53,664 nucleotides of DNA, from NCBI RefSeq assembly GCF_044704955.1, contig NW_027251311.1, positions 1 to 53,664 on the forward strand, written 5' to 3'. The translations under genes and the position numbers were made by a program. Shown one piece after another: positions 38,401-49,664 of the stretch; positions within the stretch are counted from its first letter, which is position 1; the number at the start of each line of letters is the position of its first letter. A model generated the notes under the pieces. It was not told where the DNA came from. It was given only the letters and a program-made list of their open reading frames with translations, and did not search any database. The stretch is from Pristiophorus japonicus. Its lineage: Eukaryota.

Positions 38401-41400
38401 TCCAGACCCACTACAGTCTGTGTGTATTGGGTACATTCCAGACCCACTACAGTCTGTGTGTATTGGGTACATTCCAGACCCACTACAGTCTGTGTGTATT
38501 GTGTACATTCCAGACCCACTACATTTTGTGTGTATTGGGTACATTCCAGACCCACTACAGTCTGTGTGTATTGGGCACATTCCAGACGCACTACAGTCTG
38601 TGTGTATTGGGTACATTCCAGACGCACTACAGTCTGTGTGTATTGGGTACATTCCAGACCCACTACAGTCTGTGTGTATTGGGCACATTCCAGACGCACT
38701 ACAGTCTGTGTGTACTGGGTACATTCCAGACCCACTACAGTCTGTGTGCACTGGGTACATTCCAGACCCACTACAGTCTGTGTGTACTGGGTACATTCCA
38801 GACCCACTACAGTCTGTGTGTACTGGGTACATTCCAGACCAACTACAGTCTGTGTGTACTGGGTACATTCCAGACCCACTACAGTCTGTGTGTACTGGGT
38901 ATATTCCAGACCCACTACAGTCTGTGTGTACTGGGTACATTCCAGACCCACTACAGTCTGTGTGTACTAGTACATTCCAGACCCATGACAGTCTGTGTAT
39001 ATTGGGTACATTCCAGACCCACTACAGTCTGTGTGTATTGGGCACATTCAAGACCCACTACAGTCTGTGTGTATTGGGTACATTCCAGACCCACTACAGT
39101 CCGTGTGTATTGGGTACATTCCAGACCCACTACAGTCTGTGTGTATTGGGCACATTCCAGACCAATTGCAGTCTGTGTGTATTGGGTACATTCCAGACCC
39201 ACTAAAGTCTGTGTGCATTGGATACATTCCAGACCCACGACAGTCTGTGTGTATTGGGTACATTCCAGACCTACTATAGTCTGTTTGTATTGGGTCTATT
39301 CCAGACCCACTGCAGTATGTGTGTATTGGGTACATTCCCGACCCACTACAGTCCGTGTGTATTGGGTACATTCCAGACCCACGACAGTCTGTGTGTATTG
39401 GGTACATTCCCGACCCACTACAGTCTGTGTGTATTGGGCACATTCCAGACCCACTACAGTCTGTGTGCATTGGGTACATTCCAGACCCACGACAGTCTGT
39501 GTGTACTGGGTACATTCCAGACCCACTACAGTCTGTGTGCACTGGGTACATTCCAGACCCACTACAGTCTGTGTGTACTGGGTACATTCCAGACCCACTA
39601 CAGTCCGTGTGTATTGGGTACATTCCAGACCCACTACAGTCTGTGTGTACTGGGCACATTCCAGACCCACTACAGTCTGCGTGTATTGGGTACATTCCAG
39701 ACCCACTACAGTCCGTGTGTATTGTGTACATTCCAGATCCACTACAGTCTGCGTGTATTGGGTACATTCCAGACCCACTACAGTCTGTGTGTACTGGGTA
39801 CATTCCAGACCCACTACAGTCTGTGTGTACTGGGTACATTCCAGACCAACTACAGTCTGTATGTATTGGGTACATTCCAGACCCACTACAGTCCGTGTGT
39901 ATTGGGTACATTCCAGACCCACTTCAGTCTGTGTGTACTGGGCACATTCCAGACCAACTACAGTCTGTGTGTATTGGGTACATTCCAGACCCACGACAGT
40001 CCGTGTGTATTGGGTATATTCCAGACCCACTACAGTCTGTGTGTATTGGGTACATTCCAGACCCACTACAGTCTGTGTGTATTGGGCACATTCCAGACAC
40101 ACGACAGTTTGTGTGTATTGGGTACATTCCAGACCCATTACAGTCTGTGTGTATTGTGTACATTCCAGACCCACTACAGTCTGTGTGTATTGGGTACATT
40201 CCAGACCCACTACAGTCTGTGTGTATTGGGTACATTCCAGACCCATTGCAGTCTGTGTGTATTGTGTACATTCCAGACCCACTACAGTCTGTGTGTATTG
40301 GGTACATTCCAGACCCACTACAGTCTGTGTGTATTGGGTACATTCCAGACCCACTACAGTCTGTGTGTATTGTGTACATTCCAGACCCACTACATTTTGT
40401 GTGTATTGGGTACATTCCAGACCCACTACAGTCTGTGTGTATTGGGCACATTCCAGACGCACTACAGTCTGTGTGTATTGGGTACATTCCAGACGCACTA
40501 CAGTCTGTGTGTATTGGGTACATTCCAGACCCACTACAGTCTGTGTGTATTGGGCACATTCCAGACGCACTACAGTCTGTGTGTACTGGGTACATTCCAG
40601 ACCCACTACAGTCTGTGTGCACTGGGTACATTCCAGACCCACTACAGTCTGTGTGTACTGGGTACATTCCAGACCCACTACAGTCTGTGTGTACTGGGTA
40701 CATTCCAGACCAACTACAGTCTGTGTGTACTGGGTACATTCCAGACCCACTACAGTCTGTGTGTACTGGGTATATTCCAGACCCACTACAGTCTGTGTGT
40801 ACTGGGTACATTCCAGACCCACTACAGTCTGTGTGTACTGGGTACATTCCAGACCAACTACAGTCTTTTTGTATTGGGTACATTCCAGACCCACTACAGT
40901 CCGTGTGTATTGGGTACATTCCAGACCCACTACAGTCTGTGTGTACTGGGCACATTCCAGACCCACTACAGTCTGCGTGTATTGGGTACATTCCAGACCC
41001 ACTACAGTCCGTGTGTATTGGGTACATTCCAGACCCACTACAGTCTGTGTGTATTGGGTACATTCCAGACCCACTACAGTCTGTGTGTATTGGGCACATT
41101 CCAGACACACGACAGTTTGTGTGTATTGGGTATATTCCACACCCACTGCAGTCTGTGTGTATTGTGTACATTCCAGACCCACTACAGTCTGTGTGTATTG
41201 GGTTCATTCCAGACCAACTACAGTCTGTATGTATTGGGTACATTCCAGACCCACTACAGTCTGTGTGTATTGTGTACATTCCAGACCCACTACATTTTGT
41301 GTGTATTGGGTACATTCCAGACCCACTACAGTCTGTGTGTATTGGGCACATTCCAGACGCACTACAGTCTGTGTGTATTGGGTACATTCCAGACGCACTA

Positions 41401-44400
41401 CAGTCTGTGTGTATTGGGTACATTCCAGACCCACTACAGTCTGTGTGTATTGGGCACATTCCAGACGCACTACAGTCTGTGTGTACTGGGTACATTCCAG
41501 ACCCACTACAGTCTGTGTGCACTGGGTACATTCCAGACCCACTACAGTCTGTGTGTACTGGGTACATTCCAGACCCACTACAGTCTGTGTGTACTGGGTA
41601 CATTCCAGACCAACTACAGTCTGTGTGTACTGGGTACATTCCAGACCCAGTACAGTCTGTGTGTACTGGGTATATTCCAGACCCACTACAGTCTGTGTGT
41701 ACTGGGTACATTCCAGACCCACTACAGTCTGTGTGTACTAGTACATTCCAGACCCATGACAGTCTGTGTATATTGGGTACATTCCAGACCCACTACAGTC
41801 TGTGTGTATTGGGCACATTCAAGACCCACTACAGTCTGTGTGTATTGGGTACATTCCAGACCCACTACAGTCCGTGTGTATTGGGTACATTCCAGACCCA
41901 CTACAGTCTGTGTGTATTGGGCACATTCCAGACCAATTGCAGTCTGTGTGTATTGGGTACATTCCAGACCCACTAAAGTCTGTGTGCATTGGATACATTC
42001 CAGACCCACGACAGTCTGTGTGTATTGGGTACATTCCAGACCTACTATAGTCTGTTTGTATTGGGTCTATTCCAGACCCACTGCAGTATGTGTGTATTGG
42101 GTACATTCCCGACCCACTACAGTCCGTGTGTATTGGGTACATTCCAGACCCACGACAGTCTGTGTGTATTGGGTACATTCCCGACCCACTACAGTCTGTG
42201 TGTATTGGGCACATTCCAGACCCACTACAGTCTGTGTGCATTGGGTACATTCCAGACCCACGACAGTCTGTGTGTACTGGGTACATTCCAGACCCACTAC
42301 AGTCTGTGTGCACTGGGTACATTCCAGACCCACTACAGTCTGTGTGTACTGGGTACATTCCAGACCCACTACAGTCCGTGTGTATTGGGTACATTCCAGA
42401 CCCACTACAGTCTGTGTGTACTGGGCACATTCCAGACCCACTACAGTCTGCGTGTATTGGGTACATTCCAGACCCACTACAGTCCGTGTGTATTGTGTAC
42501 ATTCCAGATCCACTACAGTCTGCGTGTACTGGGTACATTCCAGACCCACTACAGTCTGTGTGTACTGGGTACATTCCAGACCAACTACAGTCTGTATGTA
42601 TTGGGTACATTCCAGACCCACTACAGTCCGTGTGTATTGGGTACATTCCAGACCCACTTCAGTCTGTGTGTACTGGGCACATTCCAGACCAACTACAGTC
42701 TGTGTGTATTGGGTACATTCCAGACCCACGACAGTCCGTGTGTATTGGGTATATTCCAGACCCACTACAGTCTGTGTGTATTGGGTACATTCCAGACCCA
42801 CTACAGTCTGTGTGTATTGGGCACATTCCAGACACACGACAGTTTGTGTGTATTGGGTACATTCCAGACCCATTACAGTCTGTGTGTATTGTGTACATTC
42901 CAGACCCACTACAGTCTGTGTGTATTGGGTACATTCCAGACCCACTACAGTCTGTGTGTATTGGGTACATTCCAGACCCATTGCAGTCTGTGTGTATTGT
43001 GTACATTCCAGACCCACTACAGTCTGTGTGTATTGGGTACATTCCAGACCCACTACAGTCTGTGTGTATTGGGTACATTCCAGACCCACTACAGTCTGTG
43101 TGTATTGTGTACATTCCAGACCCACTACATTTTGTGTGTATTGGGTACATTCCAGACCCACTACAGTCTGTGTGTATTGGGCACATTCCAGACGCACTAC
43201 AGTCTGTGTGTATTGGGTACATTCCAGACGCACTACAGTCTGTGTGTATTGGGTACATTCCAGACCCACTACAGTCTGTGTGTATTGGGCACATTCCAGA
43301 CGCACTACAGTCTGTGTGTACTGGGTACATTCCAGACCCACTACAGTCTGTGTGCACTGGGTACATTCCAGACCCACTACAGTCTGTGTGTACTGGGTAC
43401 ATTCCAGACCCACTACAGTCTGTGTGTACTGGGTACATTCCAGACCAACTACAGTCTGTGTGTACTGGGTACATTCCAGACCCACTACAGTCTGTGTGTA
43501 CTGGGTACATTCCAGACCCACTACAGTCTGTGTGTACTGGGTACATTCCAGACCAACTACAGTCTTTTTGTATTGGGTACATTCCAGACCCACTACAGTC
43601 CGTGTGTATTGGGTACATTCCAGACCCACTACAGTCTGTGTGTACTGGGCACATTCCAGACCCACTACAGTCTGCGTGTATTGGGTACATTCCAGACCCA
43701 CTACAGTCCGTGTGTATTGGGTACATTCCAGACCCACTACAGTCTGTGTGTATTGGGTACATTCCAGACCCACTACAGTCTGTGTGTATTGGGCACATTC
43801 CAGACACACGACAGTTTGTGTGTATTGGGTATATTCCACACCCACTGCAGTCTGTGTGTATTGTGTACATTCCAGACCCACTACAGTCTGTGTGTATTGG
43901 GTTCATTCCAGACCAACTACAGTCTGTATGTATTGGGTACATTCCAGACCCACTACAGTCAGTGTGTATTGGGTACATTCCAGACCCACTACAGTCTGTG
44001 TGTACTGGGCACATTCCAGACCAACTACAGTCTGTATGTATTGGGTACATTCCAGACCCACGACAGTCCGTGTGTATTGGGTACATTCCAGACCCACTAC
44101 AGTCTGTGTGTATTGGGTACATTCCAGACCCACTACAGTCTGTGTGTATTGGGCACATTCCAGACACACGACAGTCTGTGTGTATTGGGTATATTCCACA
44201 CCCACTGCAGTCTGTGTGTATTGTGTACATTCCAGACCCACTACAGTCTGTGTGTATTGGGTACATTCCAGACCCACTACAGTCTGTGTGTATTGGGCAC
44301 ATTCCAGACGCACTACAGTCTGTGTGTATTGGGTACATTCCAGACCCACTACAGTCTGTGTGCATTGGGTACATTCCAGACCCACGACAGTCTGTGTGTA

Positions 44401-46394
44401 CTGGGTACATTCCAGACCCGCTACAGTCTGTGTGCACTGGGTACATTCCAGACCCACTACAGTCTGTGTGTACTTGGTACATTCCAGACCCACTACAGTC
44501 TGTGTGTACTGGGTACATTCCAGACCAACTACAGTCTGTGTGTACTGGGTACATTCCAGACCCACTACAGTCTGTGTGTACTGGGTACATTCCAGACCCA
44601 CTACAGTCTGTGTGTACTGGGCACATTCCAGACCCACGACAGTCTGCGTGTATTGGGTACATTCTAGACCCACTACAGTCTGTGTGTATTGGGCACATTC
44701 CAGACCCACTACAGTCTGTGTGTATTGTGTACATTCCAGACCCACTACAGTCTGTGTGTATTGGGTACATTCCAGACCCACTACAGTCTGTGTGTATTGG
44801 GTACATTCCAGACCAACTGCAGTCTGTGTGTATTGGGTACATTCCAGACCCATTACAGTCTCTGTGTATTGGGTACGTTCCAGACCCACTATAGTCTGTT
44901 TGTATTGGGTATATTCCAGACCCACTGCAGTCTGTGTGTATTGTGTACATTCCAGACCCACTACAGTCTGTATGTATTGGGTACATTCCAGACCCACTAC
45001 AGTCTGTGTGTATTGGGTACATTCCAGACCCACTACAGTCTGTGTGTATTCGGTACATTCCAGACCCACTACAGTCTGTGTGTATTGGGTATGTTCCAGA
45101 CCCACTACAATCTGTGTGTATTGGGTACATTCCAGATCAACTACAGTCTGTGTGTATTGGGTATATTCCAGACCAACTACAGTTTGTGTGTATTGGGTAT
45201 ATTCCAGACCCATTACAGTCTGTGTGTATTGTATGCATTCCAGACCCACTGCAGTCTGTGTGTAATGTGTACATTCCAGAACAACTACAGTCTGTGTGTA
45301 TTGGGTACATTCCAGACCCACTGCAGTCTGTGTGTATTGGGTACATTCCAGACCCACTACAGTCTGTGTGTATTGGGTACATTCCAGACCCACTACAGTC
45401 TGTGTGTATTCGGTACATTCCAGACCCACTACAGTCTGTGTGTATTGGGTATGTTCCAGACCCACTACAATCTGTGTGTATTGGGTACATTCCAGACGCA
45501 CTACAGTCTGTGTGTATTGGGTACATTCCAGACCCACTACAGTCTGTGTGTATTGTGTACATTCCAGACCCACGACAGTCTGTGTGTATTGGGTACATTC
45601 CAGACCCACTACAGTCTGTGTGTATTGGGTACATTCCAGACCCATTACAGTCTGTGTGTATTGTGTACATTCCAGACCCAATACAGTCTGTGTGTATTGG
45701 GTACATTCCAGACCCACTACAGTCTGTGTGTATTGGGTACATTCCAGACCCACAACAGTCTGTGTGTATTGGGTACATTCCAGACCCACTACAGTCTGTG
45801 TGTATTGGGTACATTCCAGACCCACTACAGTCTGTGTGTATTGGGTACATTCCAGACCCACTACAGTCTGTGTGTATTGGGTACATTCCAGACCCACTGC
45901 AGTCTGTATGTATTGGGTACATTCCAGACCCACTACAGTCCGTGTGTATTGGGTACATTCCAGACCCACTGCAGTCTGTATGTATTGGGTACATTCCAGA
46001 CCCACTACAGTCCGTGTGTATTGGGTACATTCCAGACCCACTACAGTCCGTGTGTATTGTGCACATTCCAGACCCACTACAGTCTGTGTGTATTGGGTAC
46101 ATTCCAGACCCACTACAGTCCGTGTGTATTGTGCACATTCCAGACCCACTACAGTCTGTGTGTATTGGGCACATTCCAGACCCACTACATTCCGTGTGTA
46201 TTGTGCACATTCCAGACCCACTACAGTCTGTGTGTATTGGGCACATTCCAGACCCACTACAGTCTGTGTGTATTGGGTACATTCCAGACCCACTACAGTC
46301 TGTGTGTATTGGGTACATTCCAGACCCACTACAGTCCGTGTGTATTGTGCACATTCCAGACCCACTACAGTCTGTGTGTATTGGGCACATTCCG
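35451..46394. repeat. 36-bp satellite, ~300 copies (~10.9 kb), within the V1-V2 intron
   Basis: Consensus CCAGACCCACTACAGTCTGTGTGTATTGGGTACATT, head to tail, with no spacers. Confidence 0.98.
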
Positions 46395-46936
46395 GGCCCA
46401 CGGACGAGTTTCTCACGGGACTCTATTATTAAATATTTTCTGGCTTTCAACTCCAAAACGAGACGCACTACTTTGCCGCCCAGCCATTCTGAAAGCCGAT
46501 TGCACATTCCTGAATTACATTTGCAGCTGAAGGATGGTTTATTGCAGCTTGGAAAGGGTCGAGGGGTCATTTGTTTGCATTGATGAGTGCAGATTTAGTC
46601 ACTAAGAGATGCATTGTTTTATATATATACCCTGTCAATATCCTGATTTAACCAGGTCGGTCACCATTGTTCCTATTACTGCACTTTTCCCTCAACATGT
46701 ATTTTCCCGTTGAATCCTTTGTGTGAGGGTTTGTCCCACCATGTGCTCACACGCTTTTGTTCAATTAAAAACAAATGGTGTTTGTCCCAGATTTCACCTT
46801 CCATTCTTTTTTCAGAAATTCCACTCAGTGTTGTTACTGTAAAAGTGACAATGTTGTATAACATTTACTTCCACATGAGATGTTGGTATTGTAACATTAT
46901 TAGATATAAAACCAATATAATGTACAAAGCACTTAC

Positions 46937-47290
46937 TGGTTACATTCAGCCGGGTTCCATTTCCATAGATTGTTCCCCAAATACCACAGATATAGACCGC
47001 GCTGTCTCTGCGCTCCACGCCTCTGATGGTCAGAATGCAGCTGTTACTGGCAACATCTCTGGAAAGCTGAAACCGCTCAGAGACACCGTGTGATCGGTAA
47101 ATCCTGCCACCTACATAATGAGTAAATATTATGTGTTTCCTATCCTGTGAGAGGTACCAGTGTACAGTATATTTATCCACACGGTCATTCACATTGCTGC
47201 TCTCCAGGGTACACCGAAACTGCACCGTCCCACCCTCGGGCACCGTCACAACTTCTGGGGACTGGATAAGAACCGGACTTGCCTTTCGAC
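46937..47290 (-). CDS. Receptor exon V1: germline-encoded VJ-type Ig domain
   Basis: Acceptor ctattcacag|GT and donor ACCA|gtaagt; 354 nt, phase 1/1. Translation: RKASPVLIQSPEVVTVPEGGTVQFRCTLESSNVNDRVDKYTVHWYLSQDRKHIIFTHYVGGRIYRSHGVSERFQLSRDVASNSCILTIRGVERRDSAVYICGIWGTIYGNGTRLNVT. Has the B-strand Cys, C-strand Trp, DSAVYxC and a J-like GxGTxLxV G strand. Confidence 0.93.
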
Positions 47291-48840
47291 CTGTGAATAG
47301 TAAATAACTGATGATCAGAACAGATGAGGAACAGCATAAAGTAATAACTTGAAACTGAAGCGATTATAAAATCTCCTGTGTGTTTGCGAATGGATATTGG
47401 TCTGAAATCCCACTCCTCTGTTTCCCGCGGGCGCTCGACAGAAAATGGTAAAAAAGATGCGCACCGACCTTTTCCTGCTGCGCCCACCAGAGATCCCGGT
47501 CCTGAGGCCTACTCTCCCTGCACATCGGAGCGTGTGTCTGTCAGGACGGATGTATGTTGGAGCTGGAGTGACATGGCACTGGGCAGCCAATCCAGGTCAA
47601 GTATTTTCTCATTCATAATAATGGGAACTCGGTCAGTGGGAGTTCTCATTATGATTGAGAAACACTCCCCCCCAACACCCAAACACAAGTAAAAAATAGA
47701 AAAAACACATCACATATTTAAGATTGATTTTAATTAAAGTTAATAAATGTCTTAGAAAAAATACGTATTTTTCCAATTTTTTAAAAGTTTTTTCATTATG
47801 GTTTAAAATAAACTTACCTTAGTGGGCAGGATTTTTAACATAAAATATGCTTTTTAAATTTTATTTTTACATGTTTTTGTATGTTTTAAAACTCTTACGC
47901 TGGTTAAAGTAGAGTATGTTTCTGCTTTCACCAGACACACATTATCAGGACATTCGCTGGGCAAGAGATGGGTAAATACCACAACCTTGTCCAGGCGAAT
48001 GTCCTGCTGTGGGGATACGGAGGATGTCAAGCCAGAGCTTGACAGATCGGAAAAGGTGGTTTTCAGCACATGCGAATTGCACACCGAAAACCGGCTTTTG
48101 TGATGCCTTCCCCGGTCCGTACACACTCCGTACAGACTCAGGGAGGCCGGGATATCTGCCCCAATGTGTATTATCAGTAATTTGTAGCCGAGTTGTTCAA
48201 ACATATCCTGAGCCTAGCTGTCCCACATTGCCCTGTACTGACCAACAATCCCACTGTGAACAGGCAGCCCAAAAACACACACACTGCAACTGAACTCAGA
48301 ACTCCTGCTGTGGATATGTTCTTTGATGCCTTTACCACGGAGGTTGCTATTAAAAGGATCAGAAAATCAGGAAAAAGTTGCCAGTTTTAGTGATATTTTG
48401 CGATACCCAACACAAGATTCTGATGTAGGTTCAGATACAGAAGGCTCTCGGTCCACTTCATCTCATCCTTCCAGAATTCCAATACTACCATCGTCCCATT
48501 GCAGCGTCCAGCGGTTTGTAAACCTGTCCCGTGTTCTGGCCTCGCCTGGGAACCTGTTCCAGCTTTTGATCACCGTCTTCAAATAACTGAGTCCTGAACT
48601 TGGCCTTTACAATCCTGACTGTGCCCTCCTGCCCTGGTTATATCTGAAAGTATTGTTCTGGGTTTGCTTTACCTACCCCACAACACGTGCTGTCCTTCCC
48701 CTGGAGCACGGGTACCTCCTATTGTTTATTTCCAATATTTTTATTCATTTATTCGTGGGCATCGATGGCAAGGCCAGCATTTATTGCCCATCCCTAATTG
48801 CCTTAGAGAAGGAGGTGGTGAGCCGCCTTATACAACTGAG

Positions 48841-49238
48841 AGCAAGTGCTCTACTCGGAACTCCGACACGGCAAGCGAGCCCCAGGTGGGCAGAGGAAAC
48901 GTTTCAAGGACACCCTCAAAGTCTCCCTAATAAAATGCAACATCCCCACTGGCACCTGGGAATCCCTGGCCCAAAGACCGCCCGAAGTGGAGGAAGAGCA
49001 TCCGGGAGGGCGTTGAGCACCTCGAGTCTCGTCGCCGAGAGCGTGCAGAAACCAAGCGCAGGCAGCAGAAGGAGAGTGCGGCAAACCAGTCCCATCCACC
49101 CTTTCCTTCAACCACAGTGTGTCCCACCTGTGACAGAGACTGTAATTCCTGTATTAGACTGTTCAGTCACCTGAGAACTCACTTCTCGAGTGGAAGCAAG
49201 TCTTCCTCAATTCCGAGGGACTGCCTGTGATGATGATG
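48841..49238 (+). mobile_element. 5'-truncated RTE LINE 3' end with a 9-bp TSD, inserted in a SINE-like element (~48750-49560)
   Basis: Translates LYSELRHGKRAPGGQRKRFKDTLK...CPTCDRDCNSCIRLFSHLRTH. Has a (TGA)n tail and TSD acaactgag at 48832-48840 and 49239-49247. Confidence 0.85.
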
Positions 49239-49664
49239 ACAACTGAGTGGCTTTTTAGACTATTTCAGAGGGCAGTTAAGGGTCAACCACATTGACCTGG
49301 GTCTGGAGTCACATATAGGCCAGACCGGGCAAGGGCGGCAGATTTCCTTCCCTAAAGGCCATTAATGAACCAGATGGGTTTTTATGACAATCCGGTGGTT
49401 TCATGGTCACCATTACTGACACTGGATTTTTATTCCAGATTTATTTATTCACTGAATTTAAATTCCCCAGCGGCCGTGGTGGGATTTGAACTCATGTCTC
49501 TGGATCATTAATCCAGGCCTCTGGATTACTCATCCAATGATATAACCACTATGCTACCGTTCCCGATATATACGGCACCTTTCATTTATTCTTACTGAAC
49601 ACCATTCATCATTAATCAGCCCAGCTGGGAAGCTTGTTGAGCTCTTTGTGAGATCTTGGCTGCG

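Noticed and set aside
35451-46394. CRISPR-like array suggested by the 36-bp unit
   Set aside because: There are no unique spacers and no cas genes, and the context is a eukaryotic intron.
4612-46394. G-rich arrays as immunoglobulin switch-like regions
   Set aside because: There are no constant exons to switch between and no AGCT enrichment, and the G-rich strand is the template strand of the gene.
35409-46583. Giant ORFs of up to 2110 aa made of 12-aa repeats
   Set aside because: The 36-bp unit is a multiple of 3 and stop-free in five of six frames. The ORFs overlap on both strands and switch frame at 35-bp variants, so they are satellite artefacts.
47291-47337. ATG just upstream of V1 (MLFLICSDHQLF) as an unspliced leader
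   Set aside because: It is out of frame with the V1 domain and overlaps the splice acceptor tract.
47400-48162. Possible MITE-like elements here and at ~640-985
   Set aside because: They resemble interspersed repeats, but the terminal inverted repeats are too degenerate to support without a library search.
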